A DNA stretch of 57,206 nt from Candidatus Yonathbacteria bacterium RIFCSPLOWO2_01_FULL_43_27 (lineage in GTDB: Bacteria; Patescibacteriota; Minisyncoccia; Phycocordibacterales; UBA1550). The position numbers and the translations under genes were made by a program. Shown here one piece after another: positions 8,585 through 15,946 of the stretch. The stretch's first letter is position 1; every line of letters starts with the position of its first letter. The notes beneath the pieces were generated by a model. The model ran no database searches. It was not told where the DNA came from and saw nothing but the letters and a program-made list of their open reading frames with translations. The DNA is taken from positions 1-57,206 of the forward strand of contig MHUV01000002.1 in the NCBI GenBank assembly GCA_001823545.1, read 5' to 3'.

Positions 8585-9652
8585 TTACTCCTTTTTGTTT
8601 TTAAGTGCTTCTCCGAGGGCTGTTCCCATCGCCATGAGATCCTTGAATCCTTCTGATCCTACGATGATCGTTTTCTGTCCAGGGTTATTGGTGATTGCAC
8701 GCGCTGTTTCGGTGGAAAGGATCACCTCGGAGGGGAGATTAAGGTCTTCTTGCATTTTCTTTAGACCTAACGTCCTTCCGTCGAGTTCAGCTTTTATCGC
8801 GAATCCCTTACCTTCACCTTCGAGAATAGCTGCTTTCTTTCCAGCCTCTGCTTTGATCACACTCGCTTTGCCAAGTGCCGTTTCCTCAGCGATCTTTTGA
8901 ACGGTCTTATTAAGCTCATGTGAAAAGGAGATGTTTTTAATACGCACACTTTCGAGGACTATTCCCCATGTTGCAACGTTTGTTTGGATCTCCTCTGTTA
9001 GTTTTTTGTTGTAACTTTCGAAGTCTGCAATGACTTGAGCGGGGGTAACCTTGCCGAATTCTTCGCTCAAAACCGAAACACAGAGATCTTGAAGCTGGTT
9101 CAGTGCTTCGTCTACAGTCTTGATTACCGTAAGAAACGCGATGTAATCTGAAATACGGAACCTTACGATAGGGACTACCTCTTCAATCAGTCGCATATCA
9201 AGAGGGTCCTTTTCGAGAACGTCTTTAGGTGATCCTGTTGCAGTATCTTTTTTCTCTGGTTTTCCAAAGGGGATTCTGATCGGATGATATTTCCCCGCCG
9301 GAGGAAGACCTTCTCCTCGGTATATGTTCTCTGGATTATCGGGGAATTCCTTTTGTATGATCAGACGTGTTTCTTTGATAAGCTTGAAGAACCCAAACGG
9401 AACAAGTATGAACCCCGATGAGACTTGGTCAATGGGTCGACCAAGAAAGATCCGAGCTCCGAGTTCGGTTGGACCAACTTGATGGAGACTTACTGCAGTA
9501 TAGATTACCGCAGTAAGAGCAACCGCAAGTCCCCAGTTCCATTCAAGCTCCCCTCCAATAGTACTCGTGTAAAAGGCAAAAAAAACAGAAACAACAAGAA
9601 ATACAATGTAGATTATTGCGGTAATGCCCCAAAACTTTTTATTTATCTTCAT
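8585..9652 (-). CDS. SPFH/band-7 (stomatin/flotillin-like) membrane protein
   Basis: An N-terminal TM helix is followed by an SPFH-like domain. The C-terminal coiled region AEAGKKAAILEGEGKGFAIKAELDGRT resembles YqiK/flotillin. A GGGAGG Shine-Dalgarno precedes MKINKK, so the start is placed at 9652. Confidence 0.8.
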   Translation of the reverse strand: MKINKKFWGITAIIYIVFLVVSVFFAFYTSTIGGELEWNWGLAVALTAVIYTAVSLHQVGPTELGARIFLGRPIDQVSSGFILVPFGFFKLIKETRLIIQKEFPDNPENIYRGEGLPPAGKYHPIRIPFGKPEKKDTATGSPKDVLEKDPLDMRLIEEVVPIVRFRISDYIAFLTVIKTVDEALNQLQDLCVSVLSEEFGKVTPAQVIADFESYNKKLTEEIQTNVATWGIVLESVRIKNISFSHELNKTVQKIAEETALGKASVIKAEAGKKAAILEGEGKGFAIKAELDGRTLGLKKMQEDLNLPSEVILSTETARAITNNPGQKTIIVGSEGFKDLMAMGTALGEALKNKKE

Positions 9653-9807
9653 CTCCCTGCCTCCCTTAGAGTTTTTATATGATGTGCAATTGTCAAAGAA
9701 CGACAATTTATCCTATATATATTATAGCAAATTTATGTAAAATGTCAATAGTTCAATAAAGGTTAATGGATATTTCTTTCTTTAAGGATTTCATCAGATT
9801 ATTTGTG

Positions 9808-9887
9808 GGCACGGGGAGATTTGAACTCCCAACCCTTGCGGGATGCGCTTCTGAGACGCACGCGTATACCAATTCCGCCACGTGCCC
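9808..9887 (-). tRNA. tRNA-Leu (anticodon CAG), type II with a long variable arm
   Basis: The reverse complement reads GGGCACG-TG-GCGGAATTGGTATACGC-G-TGCGT[CTCAGAA]GCGCA-TCCCGCAAGGGTT-GGGAGTTCAAATCTCCC-CGTGCCC-A. The acceptor pairs fully. The D-arm matches bacterial tRNA-Leu. Confidence 0.8.
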
Positions 9888-10193
9888 ATATTGTATTTGT
9901 ATTGAAGAGGGAAGCGTGTCTATTTTTGTGCCGAGGAGAGGACTCGGTCAAGCGCTCGCTCGTCGTCACCACGTTTTTCGCTCTCTCCCTACAGGAGCAG
10001 TACACCTTTTGGCTCTTTTGTTTCGCCTGCTCACAAAACAGCTTAAAAGGTCTTGCGGAAGCTCCACGTATTCGCTTCCTTACCTGCTTGTGCGACCCAT
10101 CGAGCACGACGGGTACCCGCACTCGCTTTCGAGTCCTCTCCTCCGCCTACAAAATTTAGTTACGAAAAGCTACCACTTTTCGTTTCCAATTTT

Positions 10194-10236
10194 GTGCCGA
10201 GGAGAGGACTCGAACCTCCACAGGTTACCCCTTCCT
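10194..10236 (-). pseudogene. Orphan 3' portion of a Leu-type tRNA (variable arm, T-arm and acceptor 3' strand) with no contiguous 5' half
   Basis: The reverse complement reads ...GGGGTAACCTGTG-GAGGTTCGAGTCCTCT-CCTCGGC-A. It is nearly identical to the 3' part of tRNA-Leu(UAG). No matching GCCGAGG acceptor strand or valid anticodon stem lies in the adjoining 5' sequence. Confidence 0.5.
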
Positions 10237-10343
10237 AATGCCTGTTTCGCGTACGCTCAACAACGGCATTTGCGCATACGCGCACCGGATGAAAATCAAA
10301 GCAGTTTGATTTTCATTCCCGCGTCAGTTCGTCACGCGCAAAG

Positions 10344-10425
10344 TGCTGGGGAGAGGACTCGAACCTCCACAGGTTACCCCGACTGCTCCTAAGGCAGTTG
10401 CGTCTACCAATTTCGCCACCCCAGC
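10344..10425 (-). tRNA. tRNA-Leu (anticodon UAG)
   Basis: The reverse complement reads GCTGGGG-TG-GCGAAATTGGTAGACGC-A-ACTGC[CTTAGGA]GCAGT-CGGGGTAACCTGTG-GGAGGTTCGAGTCCTCT-CCCCAGC-A. Confidence 0.8.
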
Positions 10426-10437
10426 ACTTTAGGCGCG

Positions 10438-10467
10438 ACTTGCGTCTACCAATTTCGCCACCTCGGC
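10438..10467 (-). pseudogene. Orphan 5' portion of a Leu-type tRNA (acceptor 5' strand and D-arm only)
   Basis: The reverse complement reads GCCGAGG-TG-GCGAAATTGGTAGACGCAAG. The D-arm is identical over 21 nt to tRNA-Leu(UAG), then the sequences diverge. Its acceptor GCCGAGG is exactly complementary to the CCTCGGC of the 3' fragment at 10194-10236. Confidence 0.5.
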
Positions 10468-10957
10468 TTCTTCATAACAACTTACACTAAATAACAAGAA
10501 AAAGCGAGTTTTGAGATTGATCTGAATCTCGTTTAGTGACGTTTGTGGTCACAGATAATTTCCTCGCCGTCGCTCGGAAATTTCGCAGTCACAACTTTTT
10601 GCTCGACCGCCGTCTCGCAAAAGTCGCGACCCCTCCTCACTCGTTTTTCTTGCTAGAAAAACGAGTTCCGGCCTTGCGAAGCTCCATGTATTCGCTTCTC
10701 ACCTGGCTCGCTGTTTTGTTTTGCTAAACAAAACATGCTTCGCCTTGCACAAACTAAAAATCTGCCGCAGGCGCTGTTTTTCTTTACGTTTGAATTGCTA
10801 TTTTTGTGGTCACAAGTCACTAAGTCTACTCGTGCGAGTACGCACTGCGTGGACGTAAGTGCTCGCGACCCCGGCTCGTGGTTTTGTGTGCTCACAAAAC
10901 ATCACTGCGCCTTGCACAATGAGAAAATGGTGCGCAGGCACCATTTTCTTTTCATTG

Positions 10958-11030
10958 TGCACCCACCTGGACTCGAACCAGGGACCATCTCCTTAAGAGG
11001 GAGTTGCTCTACCAACTGAGCTATGGATGC
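10958..11030 (-). tRNA. tRNA-Lys (anticodon CUU)
   Basis: The reverse complement reads GCATCCA-TA-GCTCAGTTGGTAGAGC-A-ACTCC[CTCTTAA]GGAGA-TGGTC-CCTGGTTCGAGTCCAGG-TGGGTGC-A. The acceptor has one G-U pair. The anticodon stem has an A-A mismatch at 27-43. Confidence 0.7.
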
Positions 11031-11142
11031 AGACCTATATTCAAAGAGTATACACAAAAATAAAGATTTTGGAAGAGTTTGTGCTTTGAGTTTAATAATT
11101 AGAGGCAAGTAAGATTAACCTAAGTTTTTAAAATACACGAAA

Positions 11143-11205
11143 TCCGTATTAGCTCCTCGGCTCGGAAGTGAGAAAGATTACTTTCTCACTTCACTCGCTC
11201 TACGT
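11143..11205 (+). repeat. Dispersed roughly 60-nt repeat (family A), copy 1; it contains the hairpin GTGAGAAAG-atta-CTTTCTCAC
   Basis: GTATTAGCTCCTCGGCTCGGAAGTGAGAAAGATTACTTTCTCACTTCACTCGCTCTACGT. A near-identical inverted copy lies at 20281-20340. Confidence 0.8.
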
Positions 11206-11243
11206 CGCTAATAATATTGCTCGTAGTTCCTGATTTGTTTAGT

Positions 11244-11324
11244 GGGTCAGGAGGGAATCGAACCCTCAATCCTTTCGGCGGGAAATTTTAAGTTTCCTGT
11301 GTATACCATTCCACCACTGACCCT
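11244..11324 (-). tRNA. tRNA-Leu (anticodon UAA)
   Basis: The reverse complement reads GGGTCAG-TG-GTGGAATGGTATACAC-A-GGAAA[CTTAAAA]TTTCC-CGCCGAAAGGATT-GAGGGTTCGATTCCCTC-CTGACCC-A. Confidence 0.8.
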
Positions 11325-11326
11325 TT

Positions 11327-11803
11327 TTAGGATTTTTTCTTTCGATTAAGTCCTCGATGCGTTGGTTTTAAACTGTGGCAATTTGGACAAAGAATCCGAA
11401 GATTCTCTATTCTGTTGTCTGTTCTGTCCCCATTTATATGGTCAAGCTCAACTGGGATTCTACCATCAATCGACTTTTTCGCCCAGCCACATTCTTCGCA
11501 TTGTGAATTTTTTAAATTATCTTTGAAGAGTCGTCGTTTCAGCTTGTAGCTTTGGAAACGGCTATCTCTCGTAAGGATCTTATTGAGAGGTATGAGTGGC
11601 TTACCGATTCCCTTTAGTCCTTTACTCCATCCAATGCCAGTAAAGTGTTTAATATCCAGACCGTAATCTTTGACGGCATTGTTAATTTGCGCATAATTTC
11701 CTCCTGCCTCTTTTAGATTGAGTTTTTTGAGAACTTGCCGTACGCTTGTAGAGTTTTTAACAGCGACCCTCAATTGTTCTTCTGTCCAACTTCGTTTCCT
11801 CAT
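11327..11803 (-). CDS. HNH endonuclease (homing-endonuclease-like), free-standing within the tRNA island
   Basis: C-terminal ELDHINGDRTDNRIENLRILCPNCH is the classic HNH core, with an additional CEECGW zinc-finger pair. The N-terminal region (WTEEQLRVAVKNSTSVRQVLKKLNL...GGNY) looks like a small DNA-binding module. The start is placed at MRKRSW. The stop lies 3 nt from the tRNA-Leu(UAA) 3' end. Confidence 0.85.
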   Translation of the reverse strand: MRKRSWTEEQLRVAVKNSTSVRQVLKKLNLKEAGGNYAQINNAVKDYGLDIKHFTGIGWSKGLKGIGKPLIPLNKILTRDSRFQSYKLKRRLFKDNLKNSQCEECGWAKKSIDGRIPVELDHINGDRTDNRIENLRILCPNCHSLKPTHRGLNRKKKS

Positions 11804-11914
11804 GCATAAAAGTATACCATAATGGAAGGCATAGAGGAATACATGTACATAGTTGCCTACCTTTTTAATTAAGAAACTCAATTATATTGCAATTCTTTCT
11901 TGAGGCGTGGGCTC

Positions 11915-11980
11915 CTCTCGGTCACGAGTTACTAAGTGTGCTCGGGCGACTACGCCCTGTGCGCACTAAGTACTCTCGAC
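11915..11980 (+). repeat. Dispersed roughly 65-nt repeat (family R), copy 2
   Basis: GTCACGAGTTACTAAGTGTGCTCGGGCGACTACGCCCTGTGCGCACTAAGTACTCTCGACCCGGGCTCG. Its reverse complement recurs at 20641-20705 with a few substitutions. A diverged copy lies at 10806-10877. Confidence 0.8.
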
Positions 11981-12085
11981 CCGGGCTCGCTGTCGCTTTG
12001 CGACATGCTCCGCCTTTCGATTCTCGACGCAGGCAAAGCAGTTTGCCTGCTCCCACGCCAAGAAAATTCTCTAAGAATTTTCTTG

Positions 12086-12157
12086 AGGCGTGGGCGAGAA
12101 TCGAACTCGCGCATAGGGGATTTGCAGTCCCCCGCCTTACCACTTGGCCACCACGCC
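12086..12157 (-). tRNA. tRNA-Cys (anticodon GCA)
   Basis: The reverse complement reads GGCGTGG-TG-GCCAAGTGGTAAGGC-G-GGGGA[CTGCAAA]TCCCC-TATGC-GCGAGTTCGATTCTCGC-CCACGCC-T. The discriminator U73 is the Cys identity element. Confidence 0.85.
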
Positions 12158-12225
12158 GAACATTAATTTTTATAACCTAGAACCATTCTTCGCAATCAAG
12201 TTTGTATCAAAACCTAGCACTCATC

Positions 12226-12552
12226 TTATCCTTGATTGAGGAGCTCGTCAATTTTTTGACGATTGCGCTCACCTTCGTCAATTTTGATTTCAAGAACGGG
12301 GAGTGCGCGTAACTTTGCGTGCGTACCGATATACTCACGGAGCTCGGTACGCTTTCTTTTTGCAAATTCAAGCGCGTTTGCTTCTTCGCTGGTAGGGAAG
12401 GTAGTGATATAGATCGTTGCGCGCTTGAAGTCAGGCGAAATAGTTGCGTCGGTGATCGTGATGAGAGAACGTGGTCCTGCCTCGCGGGTAAAAAAGGTTG
12501 CCGCAAGTTCACGCAGAACCCCTCGCATTTTATCTTGTCGTTGAGAAGTCAT
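12226..12552 (-). CDS. rbfA: Ribosome-binding factor A
   Basis: RGVLRELAATFFTREAGPRSLITITDATISPDFKRATIYITTF matches the RbfA KH-like pattern. The gene lies downstream of infB. Confidence 0.85.
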   Translation of the reverse strand: MTSQRQDKMRGVLRELAATFFTREAGPRSLITITDATISPDFKRATIYITTFPTSEEANALEFAKRKRTELREYIGTHAKLRALPVLEIKIDEGERNRQKIDELLNQG

Positions 12553-12563
12553 ATAGATTGATC

Positions 12564-14087
12564 TTATTTTTCTATCATCATAAACGCCTCGAGGGTATCG
12601 CCCGGCGCAATTTCAATCTTTGATTCAACCATGAGCCCACACTCCATGCCTTCGCTTACTTTTTTGGCAGACACTTTTGATTGTTGAAGTTCGAGCACTT
12701 TGCCACGACCGACCTCGGTATCGCGACGAAGAATTTTAACCTGCGCATCAAGCACAAGTTCTCCCTTGGTAACCTTGCCTCCGATAACCTGCTTGTGTTT
12801 CATCGCACTAAAGGTCTTGAGGACTTTCAGCGCACCAACAGTTTCTTCACTCGTGAATTTTGGTGTACGACGAACAAGCTCTTCCTCAACCCATTCAAGA
12901 AGTTCGTAAATGATCGTGAATGTTTTAATTGTAGCGCCAAAACGAAGGGCGATATCTTGTGCGCTGCGCGAAACCTGTGTATTGAAGCCGATAATGATAG
13001 CACCGGGTGCACCCGACGCAAGTTTTGCATCATTTTCACCAACAGCTCCAATTCCTGAACTGATAATTTTGAGTGCTACACGTTCTTTTTTAATCTTGCT
13101 TAACTCCTTTTCTACTGCTTCGAGGGTTCCCGCAACATCTGTTTTGATAATTATCGGTACAACAAACACTCCGCTAGGGACAGAAGATGATGCCATTTCT
13201 TTTTTTGAAGACGGGGAAGCAACATCTGTTTGATTTTCTAAACGTGCTTTCTCCATTTCTTTTTTTGTTGCATACGCACGGAATGTTGCGCCTACACGAG
13301 GAAGAATGTCAAAACCTGTAATTTGGACAGGAGAAGAAAATGTTGCTTCAGGAATTTGTTTACCAAGGAAGTTTTCAATTGCGCGTACAGGAGCGGTACT
13401 ATCTTCGGCGACAATGAACATACCTTTTTTGAGGGTGCCGTTGGTGATAATGAGTGTTGCCGAGGTTCCACGAGCTGGTGCAACGTGTGATTCTACTACC
13501 ACACCTTCTGCCAGTAATTTGCTATCACCGAGGAGGTTGCTCATTTCGGCAACAAGGAGAACCATGTCGAGGAGTTCAGGAATGCCGGTGCCTGCTTTTG
13601 CGGAAACAGGAACAAACGGCACATCGCCACCAAATCCTTCGAGGTAAATTTCATTTTCAGCGAGATTTTGTTTCGTGCGCTCGATATTTGCGTTTGGCTT
13701 GTCGATTTTATTAATGGCGACAATGTAAGGTATGTTCGCCTCTTTGATAGCCGAGAGTGCTTCTTTTGTCTGCTCCTTAACGCCATCTTCTGCAGAAACA
13801 ACAAGAATAGCAATATCGGCAATACGAGCACCTCGTGCACGCATCTTTGAGAATGCGTGATGTCCGGGAGTATCGAGAAACGTAATACTGTCCGATTCGG
13901 CAGGAGTTTTTCCTTTGCGATAAACCTCATATGCAGAAAGATGTTGCGTGATACCGCCTGCTTCTCCTCCCACCACATTTGTTTTGCGAATGTAGTCCAA
14001 GAGTGTTGATTTTCCATGGTCAATATGCCCCATCACAACGACGATAGGAGGGCGGGGGATCAATGTTTGAGAAGTGGATTTTGTCAT
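12564..14087 (-). CDS. infB: Translation initiation factor IF-2 (short form lacking the long N-terminal domain)
   Basis: GHIDHGKSTLLD (G1), DTPGH (G3) and NKIDK (G4) are present. The C-terminal domains are typical of IF-2. Confidence 0.95.
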   Translation of the reverse strand: MTKSTSQTLIPRPPIVVVMGHIDHGKSTLLDYIRKTNVVGGEAGGITQHLSAYEVYRKGKTPAESDSITFLDTPGHHAFSKMRARGARIADIAILVVSAEDGVKEQTKEALSAIKEANIPYIVAINKIDKPNANIERTKQNLAENEIYLEGFGGDVPFVPVSAKAGTGIPELLDMVLLVAEMSNLLGDSKLLAEGVVVESHVAPARGTSATLIITNGTLKKGMFIVAEDSTAPVRAIENFLGKQIPEATFSSPVQITGFDILPRVGATFRAYATKKEMEKARLENQTDVASPSSKKEMASSSVPSGVFVVPIIIKTDVAGTLEAVEKELSKIKKERVALKIISSGIGAVGENDAKLASGAPGAIIIGFNTQVSRSAQDIALRFGATIKTFTIIYELLEWVEEELVRRTPKFTSEETVGALKVLKTFSAMKHKQVIGGKVTKGELVLDAQVKILRRDTEVGRGKVLELQQSKVSAKKVSEGMECGLMVESKIEIAPGDTLEAFMMIEK

Positions 14088-14166
14088 AATAGAAAAATTT
14101 CAAATACACACATAACATCTCGCGTGCGGCCTAAGATATTATTGGTGCTCGTTAACAACAGGATAG

Positions 14167-14631
14167 TTATTTCTTTGAAGCGCGCGTTACGGCTTCCTTT
14201 TCTTCTTCTGTCATTTCAAATTCAGAAGAAAAGTTTTTTACCGGTTTTGCAAAGACGCTGATGCGGTCACGTGCGTAAATGCTTGAAAGAACGGTACCGT
14301 CACCATTTTCAGAAAGAAGTGCGACGGCAAAGCTTTGATTGCCACCTTCGCCATTACCCTTGAATGCGTTGAAGCGAATTGTCTCGACACCCTGAATGCT
14401 TCGATGAAGGCGCTTTTCAATCGAGGCGATTTCTGTGTTTATAGAATCACGAAAAGTTTCAAGGGCGCGTACGTCCTTGCCGAGGGTACCAATAACATTT
14501 TCGAGACTCTCTGCGGTCTTGCCCGCAAGAAGCTTTTTTATGCGTTTTTCAAGTATATAGAGGCGCACACCCAACACAATGATAAAAAGGGTGAAAATAC
14601 CAATAACAACAAGACTGTTGAGAAACGTCAT
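14167..14631 (-). CDS. Membrane-anchored hypothetical protein (DUF4446-like)
   Basis: An N-terminal TM helix is followed by a coiled segment and the conserved RFNAFKGNGEGGNQSFAVALLSENGDGTVLSSIYARDRISVF block. The family name is from memory and not verified. Confidence 0.55.
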   Translation of the reverse strand: MTFLNSLVVIGIFTLFIIVLGVRLYILEKRIKKLLAGKTAESLENVIGTLGKDVRALETFRDSINTEIASIEKRLHRSIQGVETIRFNAFKGNGEGGNQSFAVALLSENGDGTVLSSIYARDRISVFAKPVKNFSSEFEMTEEEKEAVTRASKK

Positions 14632-14698
14632 ATACGCACCACAATACCTTATTTTCAAGCATTTTGCAAAGTTATCGGGGTGGGCTATGATAGGAACT

Positions 14699-15889
14699 AT
14701 GAAGAGAATATATATGGATTATGCGGCAGCAACCCCCGTTGACGAAAGGGTGGCACGGACGGTTTCTGTACTCAACAAGAAGCACTATGCCAACCCGAGT
14801 GGTCTTCACAAAGAAGGGCAGGAGACGCGCCGTGTTTTCGAGGAGGCGCGAGGTGCGGTTGCGCAGAATATGGGGGCGCACGCCGATGAAATCGTTTTTA
14901 CGAGTGGCGCGACTGAGGCAAATAATATCGCGATTCAGGGGGTCGTGCGCGCTGCGCGTGCGCGCGGTATTACACGCCCTCATATCATTGTTTCAGCGAT
15001 AGAGCACGCGTCTGTTCTCGAAACCGCGCGAATGCTTTCTGGAGAAGACGTGCGTGTTGAACTATTGCGCGTAGATCGTAAGGGAGTCGTGGATGTGCGT
15101 GAACTTCGTAAGATTATCACTCCTGAAACCGTGCTTGTTTCCGTGATGTATGCGAACAACGAGATCGGCACCATCCAACCTCTTCGTGAAATTGCAAAAG
15201 AAGTTCGTCATACACGGAAAATGCATGCTTCTCTTTATCCATATTTTCATACCGATGCTGCACAAGCATCCAACTATCTCGATACCAACGTTTTGCGATT
15301 GGGTGTTGACCTGATGACACTTTCGTCAGGCAAATCCTATGGTCCACGAGGTGTCGGTGTTCTTTTTGTAAAGCGTGGGGTGAACCTCGTGGCGCTTTCG
15401 TACGGCGGTGAGCATGAGCGGGGACGACGTCCAGGAACAGAGGTGGTGGCGCTTGCGTGCGGGTTTGCCGAAGCGCTCGTTCTTGCAGAGAACATAAAAC
15501 CCAAAGAAGTGCTACGAATAAAAAAACTCCGTGACACGCTTGCAGAAAAAATTCTCAAAAAAGTTTCAGGCGTAGTGGTTAATGGTGATCTCGCACATTC
15601 ACTTCCTAATCTTTTAAGCATTTCTCTCGAGGGGGTTGAGAGTGAAGCACTTATTATTTACCTCGACGCACAAGGGTTTGCAGTTTCAGGGGGAAGTGCG
15701 TGCAAGAGTGCTTCTGGTAAGATGTCGCACGTTTTGACGGCTATAGGATATACGAATGAAAAAAATATGGGGGCTATCCGTTTTTCACTCGGACGATTTA
15801 CCAAAAGTGAAGATATTACGCGTCTCGTGAAAGAACTTCCTGCGATGGTGAAGGTACTTCGTGACGCGCGAAAGAACAGTGATTTTTAA
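14699..15889 (+). CDS. Cysteine desulfurase (class V aminotransferase, IscS/NifS-like)
   Basis: MDYAAATPVDERV start. SGATEANNIAIQG. PLP-lysine region SSGKSYGPRGVG. Active-site cysteine region SGGSACKSAS. The start was moved to 14699 (MKRIYMDYAA). Confidence 0.9.
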   Translation: MKRIYMDYAAATPVDERVARTVSVLNKKHYANPSGLHKEGQETRRVFEEARGAVAQNMGAHADEIVFTSGATEANNIAIQGVVRAARARGITRPHIIVSAIEHASVLETARMLSGEDVRVELLRVDRKGVVDVRELRKIITPETVLVSVMYANNEIGTIQPLREIAKEVRHTRKMHASLYPYFHTDAAQASNYLDTNVLRLGVDLMTLSSGKSYGPRGVGVLFVKRGVNLVALSYGGEHERGRRPGTEVVALACGFAEALVLAENIKPKEVLRIKKLRDTLAEKILKKVSGVVVNGDLAHSLPNLLSISLEGVESEALIIYLDAQGFAVSGGSACKSASGKMSHVLTAIGYTNEKNMGAIRFSLGRFTKSEDITRLVKELPAMVKVLRDARKNSDF

Positions 15890-15946
15890 TAGAGAGAAAT
15901 TTTTAATTTCCTTTACAAACCACCGTGGCTTGTTACTATATTTAAT

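Noticed and set aside
10194-10467. Possibility that the two complementary tRNA halves form a tmRNA or a permuted or intron-containing tRNA
   Set aside because: A complete canonical tRNA-Leu(UAG) sits between the halves. The 5' piece has a full canonical D-arm, unlike a tmRNA. The order is not permuted. No plausible anticodon stem exists next to either half.
9766-11108. Several track ORFs (9766-10392, 9803-10159, 9799-10122 on the minus strand, 10053-10238, 10536-10727, 10653-10895 on the minus strand, 10735-11019, 10902-11108 on the minus strand)
   Set aside because: They lie across tRNA genes, tRNA fragments and dispersed repeats. Their translations are Arg/Ser/Cys-rich with no motifs. The region is better explained as non-coding tRNA island sequence.
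13541-14023. 160-aa minus-strand ORF and several plus-strand ORFs inside 12564-14087
   Set aside because: They overlap infB in other frames. infB is unambiguous.
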